A stretch of DNA of 64,000 bases. Origin: Fistulifera solaris (taxonomy: Eukaryota). The number at the start of each line of letters is the position of its first letter. The first letter of the stretch is position 1. The notes beneath the pieces were generated by a model. It saw nothing but the letters and a program-made list of their open reading frames with translations, ran no database searches and was not told the DNA's origin. The DNA is taken from NCBI GenBank assembly GCA_030295235.1, contig AP026179.1:1-64000 (forward strand), written 5' to 3'. Both the position numbers and the translations under genes were made by a program. This document shows positions 59,774 to 64,000 of this stretch, one piece after another.

Positions 59774-60833
59774 ATGATGCCCATCATTCGCACGACATCA
59801 CTGATCCGTGGACGCGTCAATGCTGTGACCAATGATGTGTACGCATCGCCGACGAAACAGGGACGCCAGAACGCAAGCGATGTTGTCGTCGTCGTCAATA
59901 ATAATAATAAGCCCACGAGTCCTACTACTACGAGCAGCGTTCGTACATTCCGCACTCTCTCGTCTTCTCTATTATCCTCGTCAACACCGGAAGATGATGA
60001 TTTCTTGGGAAATGAAGCCAATTTGTTTCCACCGCAACAAGAATACCAGGCAGTTTTCGACATTTATCACCATCATCTCCATCCCGACGAACGAGATCAA
60101 TTATTGACCGACCCACAAATGATTGTACGGTTTTATCGTGCCTCCAAGGGTCACGTCACAACGACCTTACAACAATTGCGACTCGCGTTGCAATGGCGAC
60201 GAGAATTCCAAGTCGAGGCCTTGTGTCGGGCTTCTCCAAAGGATCCACTCGGACGTTTGTTACAGAGAGAAAATGCGACAGGCAAGATTTATGTAAGAGG
60301 TTATGATGCCCACGGTCGGGCTTTTAGTCTATATGCGTCCCGCTCGAGAAAACACGCACAACGAACACGATCAAATGCGGCATTTGGTCTATAATTTGGA
60401 AAAAGCCATTGCGTGTACGCGACGCGAGAGTGGGAAGCGAGGAAAACAGTTGGAAAAGGTCATTTTGTTGATTGATTACGAAGGATGGTCGTTAACGAAT
60501 GCTCCACCCATGTCCACCACGAAAGCCACTCTTCATATTTTGCAACACATGTACCCCGAACGCATGTATCGGGCCTTTTGTTTGCATCCACCCTTGATTT
60601 TTCGAGCGTTTTGGAATATGGTACGGCCCTTCATTGATCCGGTTACGAAAGAAAAGATTGTCTTTGTCAGTAGTGCGAAAACACAACAATTATTGTGGTC
60701 CTTAATGAACGACCCTGTCAACGATTTGGAGATGGGTGCGGGTGGGACCTTGTCACCACAAGATTTTGATTCCGCACAGTATTTGCAATTGCCGTTGGAT
60801 GAAGCGTATCCTACGACAACCAAACGAAAGTAA
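59774..60833 (+). CDS. CRAL-TRIO (Sec14-like) lipid-binding protein; frameshift near 60325
   Basis: IVRFYRASKG...LQWRREF, GKIYVRGYDAHGR, YMRP, LIDYEG and HMYPERM...FWNMVRPFIDPVTKEKIVF. Confidence 0.88.
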
Positions 60834-60898
60834 CGTAGACGAGTAACGAAACGTAACAAAAATGTGTGTGGATTGTAGTATCCTTCGTACGTTTCGTT

Positions 60899-61645
60899 TT
60901 ACAATTGCGCGGCCGCTTCGGCATCGACAATCCAAGTGACACTTTGTTGAGCTGTCACGGCACCACACGGGAACGGAGCAGGATCTCTCATTTGCACCGT
61001 CGCCCGTCGAACACTAATACTTTCTGAATCGGTTTCCTCCCATTGCACTTGCTGTTCAAACACTTGTCGCAAAACGGGTGCCTTGGCCGATCCAGCTCCG
61101 ACAAAGATGACATGTTGAGTTTCTGCCAGTGCTTTTAGTGTCAAAGTAATCCGGTGCGGTGGAGGTTTGGGTGAATCGAGGATGGCTGCCACATGATTCG
61201 GCGAATGAAGTAGAGAATGATGCGGAAATAAGGAACACGTGTGACCATCTTCTCCAAATCCCAAGACAGCCAAATCCAAACCACGCTGTTGCAGAAAGAG
61301 ATGTTGCTGTAGTAGTTGCTGGTAATCTTGAGCACACGCGTGTGGATCTTCGAGTAACTCTTCATTGATGCCGTGAATATGATCGGGAGGAATGTGTTGC
61401 AAACAATTCGCGGCAAAGAGAGCACCGAGATTCGAATCAGGACGAGTCGATGGTACACAGCGTTCATCGGCCAAATAGATATGCCATTGCCATTCCGGTT
61501 TCATTTGCAACAAAGATGGAAGAGAACCACCCGACAAGGCGACGTGTTCGATCGAACGATTTTGCAATTCGTTGGTGAGACATAACGCAATCTCTTCTTT
61601 CGTAGGAACGACCAAAAGTGTGGCGGTGCGGACGATGCGGCTCAT
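60899..61645 (-). CDS. pgl: 6-phosphogluconolactonase
   Basis: VALSGGSLP, LADERCVP...DSN, LGFGEDGHTCSLFP and DSPKPPPHRITLT. Confidence 0.93.
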   Translation of the reverse strand: MSRIVRTATLLVVPTKEEIALCLTNELQNRSIEHVALSGGSLPSLLQMKPEWQWHIYLADERCVPSTRPDSNLGALFAANCLQHIPPDHIHGINEELLEDPHACAQDYQQLLQQHLFLQQRGLDLAVLGFGEDGHTCSLFPHHSLLHSPNHVAAILDSPKPPPHRITLTLKALAETQHVIFVGAGSAKAPVLRQVFEQQVQWEETDSESISVRRATVQMRDPAPFPCGAVTAQQSVTWIVDAEAAAQL

Positions 61646-61853
61646 ATTTTCCTTCTGTGTGGGATGAATTGAGTTTATAGGATGGTGGTTGCATGCATAA
61701 TGAAGCGAAAGCAATAAAAAACGCAACTATGGCGGAAGTTCGATCGAATATATTATAGGGTGATTGCGCCGAAACTGCTTTTCAGTCTCAACCTTCAGTC
61801 GTGTATTTGGCGTCATCCTTGAGCCAAGGAATTATAAATAACGCAAGTACCTT

Positions 61854-61930
61854 GGAAAGGCGTTAAATCTGCATCGTCGTAGACGCTACGTAGAATCTTG
61901 TACTGGGGGCAGAATTTTAACGTCCTTCCC
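61854..61930. repeat. Palindromic element, copy 2 (degenerate left arm)
   Basis: GCTACGTAGAATCTTGTACTGGGGGCAGAATTTTAACGTCCTTCCC is nearly identical to 7377-7423. Confidence 0.75.
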
Positions 61931-62546
61931 TTGTACATTGTACGTAGTACTTTGAATTTGAATTCAGTGTTTTTCGGCTCGACGTTACCAGGTAGGGTGT
62001 AGGGTTAGTGTCGAACACGTATTTTCTTCTTGGCAAGATACAAAATTTCTGACTTGCTGCTGTACACTGCGAAAGGGTCTAAGTTGTGTCAGGCGAAAGG
62101 CTGGAGTTCCGAACTATGGAAGATTCGCAGAGCCGAATCTTGAGTCGACCATGACGTGTGACGTGGTCTTCCCAAGAAGATGACAACTTTATGGAGGAGA
62201 CCCATCGACTGATGCCAAATGCCAAATGCCAACCAAAGGAAATACTCCGCATCTTTTAAGCCCTTCCCAGCCATCCGTCCGTTCATTGTACTACGTATGA
62301 ATTTGAAACAAATGCTACACATTTCGTCATCCACGGCCACGGCAAACGGCAATCGATAATGTGTGACCGGACATGCCTAGGCAGTACGAAGTACAAGGGT
62401 ACGAAGGCGATCGGCCAACTAGCACGAACGAACCAAGAAAGGATTTGAACTCCTCGCCCTCGCCCAAGAAAATGAAATCCAATTGAGGTCACAAAATCGA
62501 TTCCTGCGCCAAACTAACACGCAAACTAGCAAAATAAGAAGCAAAC

Positions 62547-63005
62547 ATGACTTTCAACTCCAAAATCTTGTTCCTCGTTGGCTTGGCTATCTTGGCCATG
62601 TCTCAGGCCCGTATCGAAAGTGACTTTGAACGTTCGGCCGTGTCTCGTTTGATTGATAGTTGTGAATTCATTCGTCCTATCATCGGTGACGGGGATGACG
62701 ACAGCGAAGATGATAAGAATATCGAGGCAGACGATGGCGACGATGAAGACGATCAAGATGATGGAGATGACAAAGGTGACGACAATGGAGACGGTAATGG
62801 TGATGACAATGGAGACGATAATGGTGATGACAACGGAGACGATAATGGTGATGACAATGGAGACGATAACGGTGACGACAATGGCGATGATACCGGTGAC
62901 GACAATGGCGAGGATACCGGTGACGACATTGGCGACGATAACGGTGATGACAATGGCGACGATAATGGTGACGACAATGGAGATGATACAGGCGATGATA
63001 ATTAA
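62547..63005 (+). CDS. Small secreted, extremely acidic protein with (DDNG)n repeats
   Basis: Signal peptide MTFNSKILFLVGLAILAMSQA; 12-bp repeat with synonymous variation encoding GDDN; a paralog lies downstream. Confidence 0.8.
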   Translation: MTFNSKILFLVGLAILAMSQARIESDFERSAVSRLIDSCEFIRPIIGDGDDDSEDDKNIEADDGDDEDDQDDGDDKGDDNGDGNGDDNGDDNGDDNGDDNGDDNGDDNGDDNGDDTGDDNGEDTGDDIGDDNGDDNGDDNGDDNGDDTGDDN

Positions 63006-63884
63006 AACAACCGTTTCGCAATGTGAGATAATCTATAGAAGTAGAGTCTAGTTGACAATCCTAAATTGTTCGCATTTTCAACTTGATTTTTCGCTCGAAT
63101 TTTTCAGCGAATCAAAGAAACGATCTTCGCAAAACCTCGTATGAAATGGAACAAGGTTGCATTTTCATCTCTCGAGATCCCTCTCTAGCTATGGAGTCTC
63201 ACAAAAATAATAATGTACGTCGCTCTCGAGAAATCGGTCAGAACGTCAGACGTCGCACATCAGTACTGAGTACAGAGCAGTTTTACTGGTTAAACAAAAA
63301 CTCTTTTTCCTATCATGATGGTAATCCAGTAACTTTGTTGCCCGACAGACATCAAGACATGAAACAAAGACGTTTCCTACGTCCACAGTCGATAGTAAAT
63401 TAAGGATGGCAATTATTTATTACGGAGTATTTGCTTTAGATTAATGATGAATGAAAATCGTTTTATTCTCATAATATAGAAACAATTAAGCCTCTACTCA
63501 AAAAACTCAGTCAGTCCTTTTCCATTTTACATTGGCTTCCTTTCGCTTCATTGAGAATCGCTGGGATCGCTATTGGGTCCAGCCAGTTTACACCGGTATA
63601 AAAAATCAAAAGTTCAATTTGTTTTCTTATTTCCGAAACTTAAATGTCCTACGTCTATACTGTAGGCCCTTAGCGAAAGGAAAAGGCCAATCGATAATCG
63701 ATATCTTTCGACAGCTTCTCGATTTTTAAATAGAAACGAGTGACGCAAGAAATTGGAGCTTTGGAGCGACAAAGATTTCCTTGTCGGTGAGGTTCAGATC
63801 AAGGATAACGCCGCACGTTGTCACAAATTATTGCTTGCTGCAGGACGCTCACATTGTTCACGTCAAACCCAGACAAGTTTGATC

Positions 63885-64000
63885 ATGACTAGTTACTCGA
63901 AGCTTTCCATTCTAATCAGCTTTTTCATCCTTGCTCTGTCGCAAGCTCGTATTGAGGGGGACACTCAGCGTCCCTTGTCCCGCTGGATTCAAAACTGCGA
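63885..64000 (+). CDS. Partial tandem paralog of the DDNG protein (runs off the window)
   Basis: MTSYSKLSILISFFILALSQARIEGDTQRPLSRWIQNC matches ...LAMSQARIESDFERSAVSRLIDSC. Confidence 0.7.
   Translation, partial: MTSYSKLSILISFFILALSQARIEGDTQRPLSRWIQNC

Noticed and set aside
62680..63021. His/Arg/Cys-rich and SSPL-repeat minus-strand ORFs
   Set aside because: Antisense readings of the DDNG repeat; only the plus frame has a signal peptide and a paralog.

Overview
This window is the left end of a eukaryotic nuclear chromosome, almost certainly a pennate diatom. The evidence is nuclear psbO and psbQ' with ASAFAP-type bipartite plastid presequences, short GT-AG introns and a DUF6824 protein; a Fistulifera-like identity is only my inference from the expanded 'IWRENGT' gene family. 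It opens with telomeric repeats (distal CTCCTAA variants, proximal pure CCCTAA) and a layered ~2.8 kb subtelomeric satellite. Directly behind the satellite is a RusA-family Holliday-junction-resolvase gene split across frames and not visible as a single ORF. The gene-dense interior holds thiolase, a vWA protein, copine, an SGNH hydrolase, an SLC34 Na+/Pi transporter, mitochondrial L32, a five-module ~1,900-aa LRR surface protein, psbQ', a VOA1/Ac45-like protein, psbO, a sirtuin, a GT14 glycosyltransferase, pyridoxal kinase, two cytochrome-b5-domain genes, TPR genes, a CRAL-TRIO protein, 6-phosphogluconolactonase and secreted DDNG-repeat proteins. At 35-46 kb lies a decaying tandem array of a lineage-specific family. 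Inserted into it is a 3.2-kb Mutator-like element (identical 130-bp TIRs, 9-bp TSD) that carries a Ulp1/SUMO-protease cargo and no recognisable transposase. Many conserved genes have single-base frameshifts, mostly at homopolymers, most likely long-read consensus errors, so pseudogene calls are provisional. All calls come from reading the sequence; no database searches were run.
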